Assembly: GCA_003427395.1 (NCBI GenBank)
Contig: BFEA01000004.1
Location: forward strand, 8,428,303 to 8,483,378
Direction: 5' to 3'
Origin: Chara braunii
Lineage: Eukaryota > Plantae > Charophyceae
DNA: 55,076 nucleotides
The notes beneath the pieces are model-generated. The model was not told the origin of the DNA. It did no database searches and saw nothing but the letters and a program-made list of their open reading frames with translations. The translations under genes and the position numbers were made by a program. Of the stretch, positions 11,601 to 23,035 are shown one piece after another; positions within the stretch are counted from its first letter, which is position 1, and each line of letters starts with the position of its first letter.

Positions 11601-13590
11601 TTGGCATCCAAGTATCAACAAACGGCACCGACGAATCCTCAGGGTCCAGTCTCCTAGTCAAAATGACAAACAAACTAGTAGGCTGGCAAGCAACGTGTGT
11701 CCCACTCATGGGAAGGGTCTTAGTACTTAACGCCTCAATACTATCCATGGGTTGGTATGTGGCAACTTTGTGGAACCCCCCTACAAACTTCTTCACCAGC
11801 CTTAAGAAAAAGCTAGGGGCCTACCTCTGGACAGGCAGCACAGACAAAGATAGATATATTACCGAAGTGGCATGGAAATATATTACCAGACCAAACACAC
11901 TAGGGGGACTAGGTCTTCTGAACCCAGCAGCTCAATTCCAAGCTCTACAACTAAAGTTGGATAATTAAGCTACTGTTCAACAAAGAACTACCATGGCACG
12001 AGTTAGCACTCCACCAGATCCGCAATCTAGTTCCTTTCAAAGTAGATCCTACCATAGAAGGCTATCATTGGATCCTCAACCCGTCATGGACCCCTAAACG
12101 TCAAGGAAAAAGCGGACCTTCGAATGGAGAAGATCCGCCGAGTGAACACTAATAACACATTGGAGAGCATGCTTCCCCCAGAAAATAAAAACCCCACAAA
12201 TCCGGGAGGAAGTGTTGAGACAACCCCTTTTCGGAAATCCCTCACTAAGAGATCAAGATCAAAAGCCTTGGCCCCTAAATTCCAAAGGCAGGAAGTGGAG
12301 AAAATGGATAAGCAACGAAATTTGGAAGGTAGAACACATATGGAACTCAAATGAAAATAGATGGATCACAGTCCAGGAACTTAGAGCCAAACTCAAAGGG
12401 GTACAAAACTTAAAAGATCAGCTAGAAAACCTGCTAGAAAGCGTCCCACTAAAATGGGAACTATTGCTAAAATCAAAAATCAAGTGGGCAGTAGGAGACT
12501 GGGCAACCAAAAAAGGAACAACCCTTCCGACAGAGGGGTATAAGCTAATTAAACTAATCGACAACGACGAAAGCAGGGCAGAATTCACGTCTTTCGAGCT
12601 AGTAGACACACACAAATCGTGGGCAAAACCGGGCAAGATAATTGAGCAAAGGATCGCAATCGAACTTAAAAACCTCAGAAAGGTCAAAACATGCTCACCT
12701 AGACTCAGTAGAAAAAGCTCCTTACTTAATGAACAAGGCCAGAAGAAAACCTGGATCCATAGGTCGGACAAAGACATAAAAGAACTGGAAGTGGACCCAA
12801 CAGAATGGGGGTGGCTCGTCCCTAGCAACAAAGGAGGAGCTATAAAGCTCACACCAATCTACGAAGTGAAAACAGGGTACAAGTTAAGAAATCAAACGAA
12901 AGACCCCCAATCAATAATTTCAGAGAGATGGAAACAGAACTCGGGTGAAAATGCAGATTGGGGGGGCAAAATTCTATGGAGCCAGTACGCCAGTATAAGA
13001 CCAACAAAGATCAGAAGCCTGCAATGGCTTATACTATACTGGGCGTTGCTAGTTAATCAATGGCTGAGCAAACGAAGGAAACAAGAAGACCCCCAGCAAC
13101 ATTCGGCTTGGTGCAAAATGTGCAGCGAGAACGCTGAGGAATCTTTGCAACATTGTTTAATATACTGCCAGGGGGCCGAAGAACTCTGGGATAGAACCAA
13201 ATCCTTGTGGGACGACCTATTAGGCCAAGACGACCCAGCAAGTACGAAGTACCTGCTGGCAGGAAGGAAAGAAGAAGAAGACATCAAAGAAGAGGAAGCC
13301 GTCCTTGCAGACCTATGGAGAAGAGCGACCATGTGGGTAATCTGGAAAGCGAGATGCAAAGGCACTTTGACCGGTCTAAATACCAGTTTGGAAGAAAAAT
13401 GGACCGAAACCAAAACCATAATTCAAACAGAGAAAAGAGCACAATAGAGTAGGGAACAAAAAGAGCAACAAAAAATACTCCAACCAGAGAAGCAAGAAAC
13501 GAGCCAAAGGAACTTTGAAAGAATCTGGCTCAGCAAAAACAGAGCTGGAGAGATAGTGAAGGGCAAAATACAATTTAAAAACTGGCGTTA
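8679..13590 (+). pseudogene. LINE B ORF2 (APE endonuclease-RT-zf), multiple stops and frameshifts
   Basis: SWNVRG, DILCIQENH, INIYAPN, GDWN, SRIDFFL, DHNP; NYRPITL, DFEKAYD, QGDPL, FADD; CKMC..ESLQHC. Confidence 0.92.
10741..11005 (-). mobile_element. LINE-C-family 3' tail retroposed into LINE B RT
   Basis: Poly(T) start; reverse complement matches 38157-38352; interrupts the ILDNV/CLNEA coding segment. Confidence 0.85.
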
Positions 13591-15164
13591 AACCAAAGAT
13601 CCAGACTCCGGACCCCTTCTACCCCAACCTCTGGCCCGCACAACCCTCACGCACCTCAACCCCACGAGACTTACCACCCCTGAACCCCCACCCAGAACTC
13701 CTAACCAGACTCTCCATCAAACTAACTTCCCGCCCAAAGTACCAAGCAGGAAGCCCAGGCCCGTCTTGAGCGAAAAGGAGGAGCCACGAACCACCCAGAA
13801 AGCAAGCTCTGTTTCTGATCCAAGGAAGACCCTGGTCTCGACAGGGAGAGCGCAGAGATGATAACAAAAGATCAGCAAACTGGGCAGAGAGTGAGTGTGG
13901 TAAAACGGAAAGGACGGAGGAATTCTGTATACAATGGAAAGACTGGCCCTACTCGGCAAAAGAAAGAAAAAGACTGACAATCCAGTCATCAAGAGGTCAA
14001 GACCCAACGCAGCCTAAGAACTGGCTCGTCAAGAAAGGAGGAGCCATGTCCCAGCCGGAAGACAAGGATCTGACCCAGACCAAAGGAAGACGCAGACCTT
14101 ACAAGGGGAAGTTCAGGGACGACACCAAAAAAGTCAGGACTCAAACAGAGAGAGACGATGGCAAAGCGGTAGAGCAGGAGGTTTGTGGCATTCAAGGGAA
14201 AGACCGGCCAAACTCGGAAACGGAGGAGAGAAGACAGGCTTTAGACTCCAAGCGCTCAAGGCTACACCTAACCATTGCAGACGGAAAGGCGCACCTTCTC
14301 GAGAGAAGCTCAATGAACGCACTGAAAAGGGTTGGAATCTAGCTAGAGGGTTTAAGGGTTCAGGTAGGGTTTAGGGTTTAGAGTTTACTACGGAAATAAG
14401 GCAAATAGGAAAATGACAACGAAGGGGTCAGGGCAGGTTGAAGGATAGGGAAGTATTCTTCAAAAGTGCTAGCCTTACAACGAGCGTTTAGGGATCAGGG
14501 TTAAAGGTTTAAACGTAAATAAAGCCAACAGGACTCTAGAGATGACGGACTACAAAAAAGGTTTGTAGGCATCCCAGAACGCTCCTGTATATCACACCTA
14601 CCCGACATCTGCACAGCTAAGAGGAGCAGAACTGGGACCTGACAGAGGGGAAGACAAAATTAGCATAGGGTAACTCAGGCAGGGGTGAGAGGTGGTACAT
14701 CCTTCCTCATGGAAGCAATCAATACCGCCTTCTCGGGGCCCCCAGCCATAATGGGGGGAGCGTGGGTGAGTCTCCTATGTATTCCATTATTGACTTGCTG
14801 GAGGAAAGGAACCGGACTGTCGCTCCCCAGAATGGCAGGAGCCAGAGCCAAGAGGCTCTGTTATTTGTTTAAAAAAAAAAAAAAAAAAAAAAAAGACAAG
14901 GCCAAAGATCACACACACAACCCTGCGGTCTCTTGCTTATCAAAGCCCTCTTCTCCCACCTCCAAACAATAAGTACAACAATGAAGTAGCTGCTCCTGAC
15001 TCGCTGCCGACTCGCCACTCAGAGGGTAGGACTGCCTATCTGGCTGCTAAGCCCTAGCTTATGCTACAGCCTCCACCATGCCACAGAGTACAGTCCACTT
15101 CTGCTGATGATCACTTGAGGAGTCTGCCATGTCAGAGGTCTTCTTCCTTATCGATAACCAGGTT

Positions 15165-15950
15165 AGTATGTGACAACCTTCCCCACGGCCTCCCTGCCTT
15201 CCCCAAGGATCTTCCCTTCTATCACTACCCTTATTGTACATGGCGACACACAGCTATGGCGATGCACGGCTATGGTGACGCACAGCTATGGTGCCGACCT
15301 TCTTCCTCATCACCAAGCACTATGGCTGAGTATACTTCCCCACAGCCTTCCTGCCTTCCTCAAGGATCTCCCCCTTCCTACCACCACCGTTACTGCGCAC
15401 AGCTATGGTGCCAGCCTTCTTCCTCAGCGCCAACCATTATGGGATCTCCCCCTCCTACCGCTACCCTTACAGTACATGGCGACATACAGCTATGGCACTG
15501 ACCTTCTTCCTGATCACCAACCACTATGGGCGAGCATCTGCCGAACTTCCCCACAGACTTCCTGCCTTCTTCAAGGATCTTCCCCTCCTACAGCCACCCA
15601 TACTGCACACAGCACCGTACAGCCATCACGCCAGCCTTCTTCCTGAGCACACAACCACTATGGGGGTTGGATCTCCCCCTCCTACCGCTACCCTTACTGC
15701 AGTCTCTTATACACATCTAGATGTGTATAAGAGACAGACCACTATGGGGGTTGGATCTCCCCCTCCTACCGCTACCCTTACTGCACATGGTGGAGCAAAG
15801 CTATGGCGCCGGCCTTCTTCCTCATCACCAATCGCAATGGCTGAGTATCTGCCAAACTTTCCCACAGCCTTCCTGACTTCCTCGAGGATCTCCCCCTCCT
15901 ACCACTACCCTTCGAGCACACAGTGCTGCACATCTATGGTGCCAGCTTCG
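15165..15950. repeat. Degenerate tandem array (~110-150 bp units)
   Basis: Recurring ccttcttcctc...aggatctccccctcctacc.ctaccctt...agctatgg units. Confidence 0.75.
15700..15737. other. Nextera mate-pair junction adapter (assembly artefact); also at 18012-18049, 49297-49334, 49471-49508, 49591-49627 and 50823-50860
   Basis: CTGTCTCTTATACACATCT-AGATGTGTATAAGAGACAG (palindromic Tn5 mosaic ends). Confidence 0.97.
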
Positions 15951-16251
15951 TACTCAGCAGCAACCGCTATGACGCTCACGACTGCATCGTGCTGCTCTTC
16001 CGCACAGGCATGTGTTGACTAAATGCTGCTGCAGTCTAGCAGTAACCTGCGCCTGAATGATGTGTTGACCTGCCTGGACTTGACATATATGCAGAGGATA
16101 GGCCTTCCCTCGGGTGGTAGGTAACGCCTTCCAGTCTGCTCCACAATCGGTCGAACCCTACCGCCCTTGGGTAGAGTTACTGGGTCCCACCTATGAGCCG
16201 AATGGGCCTGTACCTTCTGAACACGGACCCAGGGCCTACTGCCCTTTACTG

Positions 16252-16498
16252 CCTGCCACACGGTCTAGGGGCCTCGGACTATCTCGGGAAAAAGGTAGAT
16301 GAATATCAGACCACCGAAGACGAGAAGCGTTCAATGGCTGCTCGCATATGCTGTCCAGCCAGTAAATGGGACATATGCCTGCCACACGGTCTAGGGGCCT
16401 TGCACTATCTCAGGGAAAAGGTAGATGAATATCAGACCACTGAAGACGAGGAGCGCTGAATGGCTGCTCGCATACGCTGTCCAGTCAGTAAATGGGAC
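16252..16498. repeat. 2 x 126 bp tandem duplication
   Basis: cctgccacacggtctaggggcct...cagtaaatgggac occurs twice. Confidence 0.85.
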
Positions 16499-17310
16499 GT
16501 AACCTAAGTTGCAACCAGTTAATCAATATGATTGTACTAGCTGATTGGCCTCAGTTTGACCCATGGTTTCAACGAGTGTGCAACTAAACCAGTCGATCAC
16601 GGGTGCATGAGAAAAGGAAGTGATATGATCTTAACTGCTCAGATGAATGCACGCATGATGTGCAATAAAGAGGAAGCGGAAGACATTCTCCACTGCCTAC
16701 TGGACCAGACAGTGGTCTCGGTACACAGAACAAGCCACCGAGCTATGGGGCATATTCTTCTTCTCTACGCTCTCCCTCCTTCTCCACCACCCCTAGTTCT
16801 ACTTTGGATTGACATCTCCGCACAAGCCTCCCGAAAAGTAGCTAAGATTTGGTTTAACCTCCTCAACAGGAAGATGGGGCATCACGCCTGAACAAGGGTT
16901 TTGCAATGACTTGCTGTTTTCTGGTCACCTGTAGCCTCTCTCTGTCGAGGCTGTACTATACGTAGGACAGATTCGTAATTTTGTTTGGCTGAGGGCTAAC
17001 TGAGTGACCTGACTGTAAGGAAAATTCGTGAGGGACATGTCTGTAAATACGGGAAAAAACAGGCCCGTACTAACTGAATTTCCTACAGCTAACCTAACTG
17101 CGAATAGCAGGCCAGGGCTACCCCTATGACAGACAGGCCCTACAGGCCTATGCTGATAGACGGTTCTATAGCCTATAGCCGGGTAAGGTAGAGGCCGAGA
17201 GGCCGAAACTGAATCGGTACCGGTCAGTCAGTCAGTCCAGTCTAGGTCGAGTCTAGGCTAGTTTTAGTCTATAGATAGGATGGGCACATCGGTTCAGGGC
17301 TTTTGGCAGT

Positions 17311-17321
17311 TGGTACCGAGC
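17311..17321 (+). promoter_or_regulatory. Probable tRNA-iMet primer-binding site of an LTR retrotransposon remnant (~16900-18010)
   Basis: ...ggCA-gt-TGGTACCGAGC resembles the canonical PBS TGGTATCAGAGC just after a CA LTR end. Confidence 0.55.
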
Positions 17322-19747
17322 ACATCGCTGCTGTGCTACGCATGAACCGGAATTGGTGACGGCTCAGCGTGGAAGGAGACAGGCATAGCCAGACCTTCGG
17401 AGCGCCAGCCATAGCTGGGACCTGCGCTGTACTCTGCCAGCACGTAGGGACTGTCAGAGGTCTGGGTTATTGAGGTCTGCTGGAGGTGAGAGAAGTTGGT
17501 GCCCTGCTGGACCCTCCTCCCGAGTGGGGTTCCAGGGTTGTGGCGCTGCAGCCATAGCTGCAGCTTCTTCCTCACAGGTCATCTTGTCAGCAGTTGCTGG
17601 CGCTTCTGCAGACTTCCACCCGGGAAGTCTTCCGACACTTCGTCATCATCAGATACTGTGACGCTGTTCTTCTTCTTCATCCTCTGAGTGGCGCTTGGCC
17701 TCAGAGGCCTGTTTCAGGGTGGCGCTTCCCTTTGGAGGCTGTATCTGGGTGGCGCTTGATGTTTCAGGGGCTCAGGCGTGTCACGGGTGGTTACTCGGGG
17801 TTGGGGAGTGAGGCACTGATCATTTCTGAGCAGCGCACTGTAGTACTGAGGTTATCCTGACAATTCGAGATTCTGAGTTTAATACACAGTGTAATACNNN
17901 NNNNNNNNNNNNNNNNNTCTGAGTGGCGCTTGGCCTCAGAGGCCTGTTTCAGGGTGGCGCTTCCCTTTGGAGGCTGTATCTGGGTGGCGCTTGATGTTTC
18001 AGGGGCTCAGGCTGTCTCTTATACACATCTAGATGTGTATAAGAGAAAAGTCATGTACCAAGCAGAGAGCACAATGCACCAAGATACCATCCAAATAAGA
18101 GCAATACAATGATCTCGAGTGCCAATGCCGACGCTCTCTGGTCACACCAACACTGTATCCAATGCCGTTCCTACTGTCTGGCGCCCAACACCCAGCCTAC
18201 ACTACTCAGCCTATCTATCCTATCTACGTTCATGCGACTAGTTCACATCGAAGTTGAACACCAATGTACGTGACATCATCACCAATGCCGACCACCAGCA
18301 CACACCAGGTACGGTCTCTCTCCTCCCCTCATCCCACCTTGACTCCCCTCTGCATGCGCCTCCTACCGCAAGACCACCATCGCCGTCACCTGCACCCGCA
18401 CGCTCGGCCCGGCTATGGCCGCCGTGCGCGCACTGCCACCGCAGTGCCCTCTCACCTCTTGCGCCCGAGTGCGCCCTGGCCTGGCCGCATAGCGCAGCTT
18501 TGCATGGCGCAGCAGCAGCGTGGCCGCATTGCCCACTCAGGCCAGAATGAGGCTGCCGGGGAAAGGCACTTTCCTTTCTGGAAAGTGTGGCCCTGTGTCT
18601 GGCTGCGTGGGCCTGGTCTGGGAAGTTTCCAGTAGCTTCCAGTCGGGCCCCAGTGTCTGCGTCGCATACGGCAAAGGTGCAGACCAGAACAAGAACCGAC
18701 CTCTCTCACATAGTACAAGATAGCGCAGCGGAAGGCTAACATACCAATGATCCGAACAATCAATGTTGCGATGCAGACCAAGCATACATCATCTTCATTC
18801 CATGGTGTGAAGGGGCCTGGCGCTCACACAGGAAGAATGTGCCAGTCCCCAACCATACACAGATGAAGAAGAGGGGGGGTTAGACGAAGAACAGGGGAAG
18901 ATANNNNNNNNNNNNNNNNNNNNNNNNNNNNNNNNNNNNNNNNNNNNNNNNNNNNNNNNNNNNNNNNNNNNNNNNNNNNNNNNNNNNNNNNNNNNNNNNN
19001 NNNNNNNNNNNNNNNNNNNNNNNNNNNNNNNNNNNNNNNNNNNNNNNNNNNNNNNNNNNNNNNNNNNNNNNNNNNNNNNNNNNNNNNNNNNNNNNNNNNN
19101 NNNNNNNNNNNNNNNNNNNNNNNNNNNNNNNNNNNNNNNNNNNNNNNNNNNNNNNNNNNNNNNNNNNNNNNNNNNNNNNNNNNNNNNNNNNNNNNNNNNN
19201 NNNNNNNNNNNNNNNNNNNNNNNNNNNNNNNNNNNNNNNNNNNNNNNNNNNNNNNNNNNNNNNNNNNNNNNNNNNNNNNNNNNNNNNNNNNNNNNNNNNN
19301 NNNNNNNNNNNNNNNNNNNNNNNNNNNNNNNNNNNNNNNNNNNNNNNNNNNNNNNNNNNNNNNNNTCTCTCCAACGCTACGCTAGCTCCTAATAGCGCCC
19401 AGCGTTGAAGACCACTGCTAACACTACTACTACTACTGCAGCTCTCCTCCAGAGTGCTGCTGCCGAATCCTGAAGACTGCCACCTGCCTCCTGCACGTGA
19501 AGTGCCTGGGAAGTCCCTATGAACTACCTCCTGACTACTTGCAGCCTGCAGGGCGGGCCAGTCTTATATAGTGCTGGCCCGTCTAGGAGGCTGCTCTTGC
19601 CAATGCCAAAACGTGCCAGACCCTGGCGTTGAAGTTCAAACAAAGGTTGTCTTGAAAAAAGGCCCAAAATGGTCTGTGCTAAAACCCTGGTCTGCTGCCT
19701 ACGTTTTAGGGCAGGTCGACTTTATGAGGGCTTGACAATCGCCCTGG

Positions 19748-19930
19748 TTTTCAGGCTTTTAGGCTGAAACGACACAAGGCCTGTAGGCCCTCGTTTTCAG
19801 GCTTTTTAGGCTGAAACGACACAGGGCCTGTAGGCCCTCGTTTTCATGCTTTTAGGCTGAAACGACACAGGGCCTGTAGGCCCTTGTTTTCAGGCTTTTA
19901 GGCTGAAACGACACAGGGCCTGTAGGGCCC
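19748..19930. repeat. ~45 bp minisatellite x4
   Basis: ttttcaggcttttaggctgaaacgacacagggcctgtaggccct units. Confidence 0.9.
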
Positions 19931-20480
19931 TGAATTTCCGTCTCGTCGGGCCCTGCAGGCCCGTGTGGCTGTGCAGTATGCCACAGTCTGCGACCAGGCC
20001 CACCTGTGTTGGTACGAGCCTGGGCGCTTTTGGTTGGGCACGTCCAGGCAGCGGTCCAGGCTCCATGTGTTTGTCGCATTCTCATTGGCTCATGGGTGTT
20101 GTGTGATGACAATGCTGCTTTCTCATTCGTCTGCGGCCAATGCGTGATGTGTCGGCCTCCCACTGTGTGTGCCCAGGGCACAACCAACCGGGGCCCTGGG
20201 CTCAACTGTGCAGCGCACCTGTTGCTTCTGGAGGAGCCAGGAAAGGCTCACGTTGCTTTGTAACCAACTGGCGTGCTGCAACTGTCTGATACCCCACATA
20301 TGGAAAAATGTGGATAGAAGGCCTCACGTGGATATTCAGGCCCGCCTTCACTTAGTGCGGGCACAATTCTTGCTGGGGGCCACAGCCCAGAACACTTGCA
20401 TGTGTGTAAGGGCCCCGTGAAGACTCAATTCTCGCATTCCATCCCATTTAGCTTCGAAAGTCCGCTGAGATGCCTCTACA

Positions 20481-21947
20481 CAGGTGCTTTCCCCTTCAGT
20501 CTTCGTTCGTACGCAGCCACGATCTGAGGTCCCGTTCTGACGAGCTCCTCTCTTGTGAAACAACGATCTTTTTTTGGATCGGTATGATGCCTGAATCTGA
20601 CCCGGTACTCCCTCATAGGTTTGGGCGGTCTTCCCCTGCCCACAGGCTTGGGAACAGGCTAGTCTCTATGTTCCACAATGTCGTCGACATCCACATTGTC
20701 ATCCATGGTTGGGGACAGCATTGATCTCCTGGATGGGAACTGATTTGTCTCAGCGAAAGGTTCAAGCTTGGAAGCGTGGAATACAGGGTATGTGCGCAGA
20801 TGACCAGGGATTCTTATGATATATGAGGGTCCATCCAAATCACCACCCACAATATCCAGGACTTCCCAAGGACCAAAATACTGTGGCATCAGCTTTCTAG
20901 AGATTCCAAATTCCTGACCCAGTTCACTAGCCTTTACCCAGACGCGGTCCCCTACCTGAAATGTGGACTGTCGTCCGTGTTTGTTCTCAGAGGCAATCAT
21001 TGCTTCTTGAGATTTCCTGATGTGTTCGACAGCCTGCTGCAACAACTTCTCATAGTGGACACCAAACTCTATGGTTCCAGGTGTTGCAGTTGGTCGGTTT
21101 TCAGGAAGGAGGAAGTCTCGCGCATGTCTAGGCTTCCAACCCGAATGCAGCTGATTAGGACTGACACCAGTGGTGTTGTGTTCAGCGTTATTGTACAGGC
21201 TGGCAATGAGAGGCAGTTTCTCATCCCAGTCATCGTGGCTGGGCTTTATATAATGCTTCAGCAAATGCTGCACCACACGGCTCATCTGTTCCGCTTGGTC
21301 GGTGGCTTCGGGATGATTCCCCTAAGTCAATTGAAGATGAGTACCCATTTGTTCAGCGTCTTTCTTCCACATCTCACTTGTGAACCGGACATCTCTATCA
21401 CTAACGATGGTCTTAGGCAGTCCAAAGTCACACACCCAGTTACCCATAAATAACTCGATGACGTGTGTGTTCGGTCTTGGCTGTCTCAGGCATGGCAATT
21501 AGTCTAGCGTACTTGGTGAACCTGTCCACTATAACGAAGATATGCCGTTTGCCAGTCTTGCTGGTCACAAGAGTGTCCATAAAATCCACGGAGACACTTT
21601 GTCCTAGACCCGCAGGAATGGGCAAGTGGAGCTTAAGTTCGCGGCTTGTCCCGTTGACAGACTTGACAAGTCTGAACATACTTCTTTGCATCGTCTAGCA
21701 TACTAGGCCACCAGAAACGTTGAACTACATTTGCACTAGTCTTCTTGTAGCCGAAGTGACTAGTTGCATCATGACACTCCCCTAAAAATAATCTATGTAG
21801 AATCTCACTAGACGAAACACAAAATCTCTTAAACCTTGCCTTTTCAAGAAAGATTAACCCATCCACCATCACAAACTCATCTGGTGCGGACTTATCTTGA
21901 GCCTCTAGTCTGCGGATGATGTCCATCATGACGAGATCTTCCTTATT
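20481..21947 (-). pseudogene. Ty3/gypsy (chromovirus) integrase plus chromodomain, degenerate
   Basis: H..HFG..C..C zinc finger, SVDFM/VIVDRFTKY core, YFGPW (GPY/F), VFHASKL, chromodomain-like DVDDIVEHR...QIVAAYE. Confidence 0.92.
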
Positions 21948-22699
21948 GTACCAAATACCCTTACAAGGGTATTTGGCGTGCTTTTTGCAAGTCGCGCCGG
22001 TGCGGCCTCGTCCAAAGTTGACGGCGCGCTTGCGGGTGAGAGTTGAGTTAGCGCCCGGATGAGCAGCGCGCGCGGGCGTGTTGACGGCGAGGTGCAACCC
22101 TGCGAAGCCTGGGTGTGTGCGGCATCACCGGCCAGCGGGACGCGTGGGCCCCTCGCCCCCTTGCTCTTTCTTGTGTCCCTCGCGTTTATTTCTATTTTTA
22201 TTATATATGTTATTATTATTCCTATTTTTTATGTTGTTGACTCAGGCGACCGGTTCCACGACTGACGTCAGGACCTACGGGCCCGGCTCACCTATTACAT
22301 TGTCCAACACAGGTGGCCGACACGACAGTCGTGGACCTTGAGCATGCATCTTTTTTGGCAGGGCCATTCGGGTCTCCTGCGTGTCAGGGAAGTTGGCAAA
22401 ATTCCTTTATCCTACCCAATTTGGAAGCACGGACAGAACAGGTCAACATTCTTGAGAGCGGTGGGGTCCGTGGTCGTGGCTTCCTTCACTTCCCATTTGG
22501 AGAGCGTCGATAGCCCAGAGTGGAAAGAAATTGGAGGACATTCCGAGTGGGCCTGTGGGACTGCAGCCCAAGGGTGGCGGGGGCCGCTGTGGGGCACCGT
22601 CTGCCAGCCACGATCTGTTGTGAGAGGTTTGAATGTGAACATGCCCACAAGGTCCCGCTAGATGGTGAACCATGTCTGGGCACAGTCGGCGGGGGCCGC

Positions 22700-23035
22700 A
22701 TTGTGGCCCTGTTCGCATGTACCCCCCCCCATACTTCGGTCTTCAATAGTCTCAATTGAATCTTGGTTGCTACCACCAAAATCTGTGTTGGGGCCCACTT
22801 CACCCAGCCTTGCTGCAAACTCCGCGCCCTCCTGCTTGCTGCAGCGTCGGAGTAGCCCCGACGGCCGTGCATAGGTCGTGCGCTTCAGTGCTGCTCATTT
22901 TCCGGGCTGATAGATTCGGCAGATGAGTTTGTTGCACATTCCGAGCGGATTTCGACTTCCATGACCACCATCCTGCTGCCTGTATAGGCTGCCACTCCCT
23001 TGCGTTGTCTCGGTTAGCGCACAGTTTGGCACCAG
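22700..23035 (-). pseudogene. Degenerate nuclear LSU (25S/26S) rRNA fragment
   Basis: Matches remembered reverse-complement LSU stretches: cttcggtcttcaa..ctaccaccaa.atctg, gattcggcag.tgagtt, gcggatttcgacttccatgaccacc.tcctgctg, gttagcgc.cagtt.ggcacc. Confidence 0.85.

Larger units (their letters stand above)
5885..14894 (+). mobile_element. Near full-length L1/Tx1-like LINE (copy B), degenerate; 5' boundary uncertain
   Basis: APE, RT and zinc finger in order; ~1.3 kb 3' UTR; poly(A) at 14871-14894. Confidence 0.85.

Noticed and set aside
15700-15737. Recurrent 38-bp palindrome as a Tn5-like element or CRISPR repeat
   Set aside because: It is the Nextera mate-pair junction adapter
18178-18189. 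tggcgcccaac as a tRNA-Lys PBS
   Set aside because: No preceding CA LTR end and no downstream gag; probably chance
20538-20562. ctgacgag...gaaac hammerhead-like string
   Set aside because: No credible stems; lies antisense within gypsy chromodomain coding sequence
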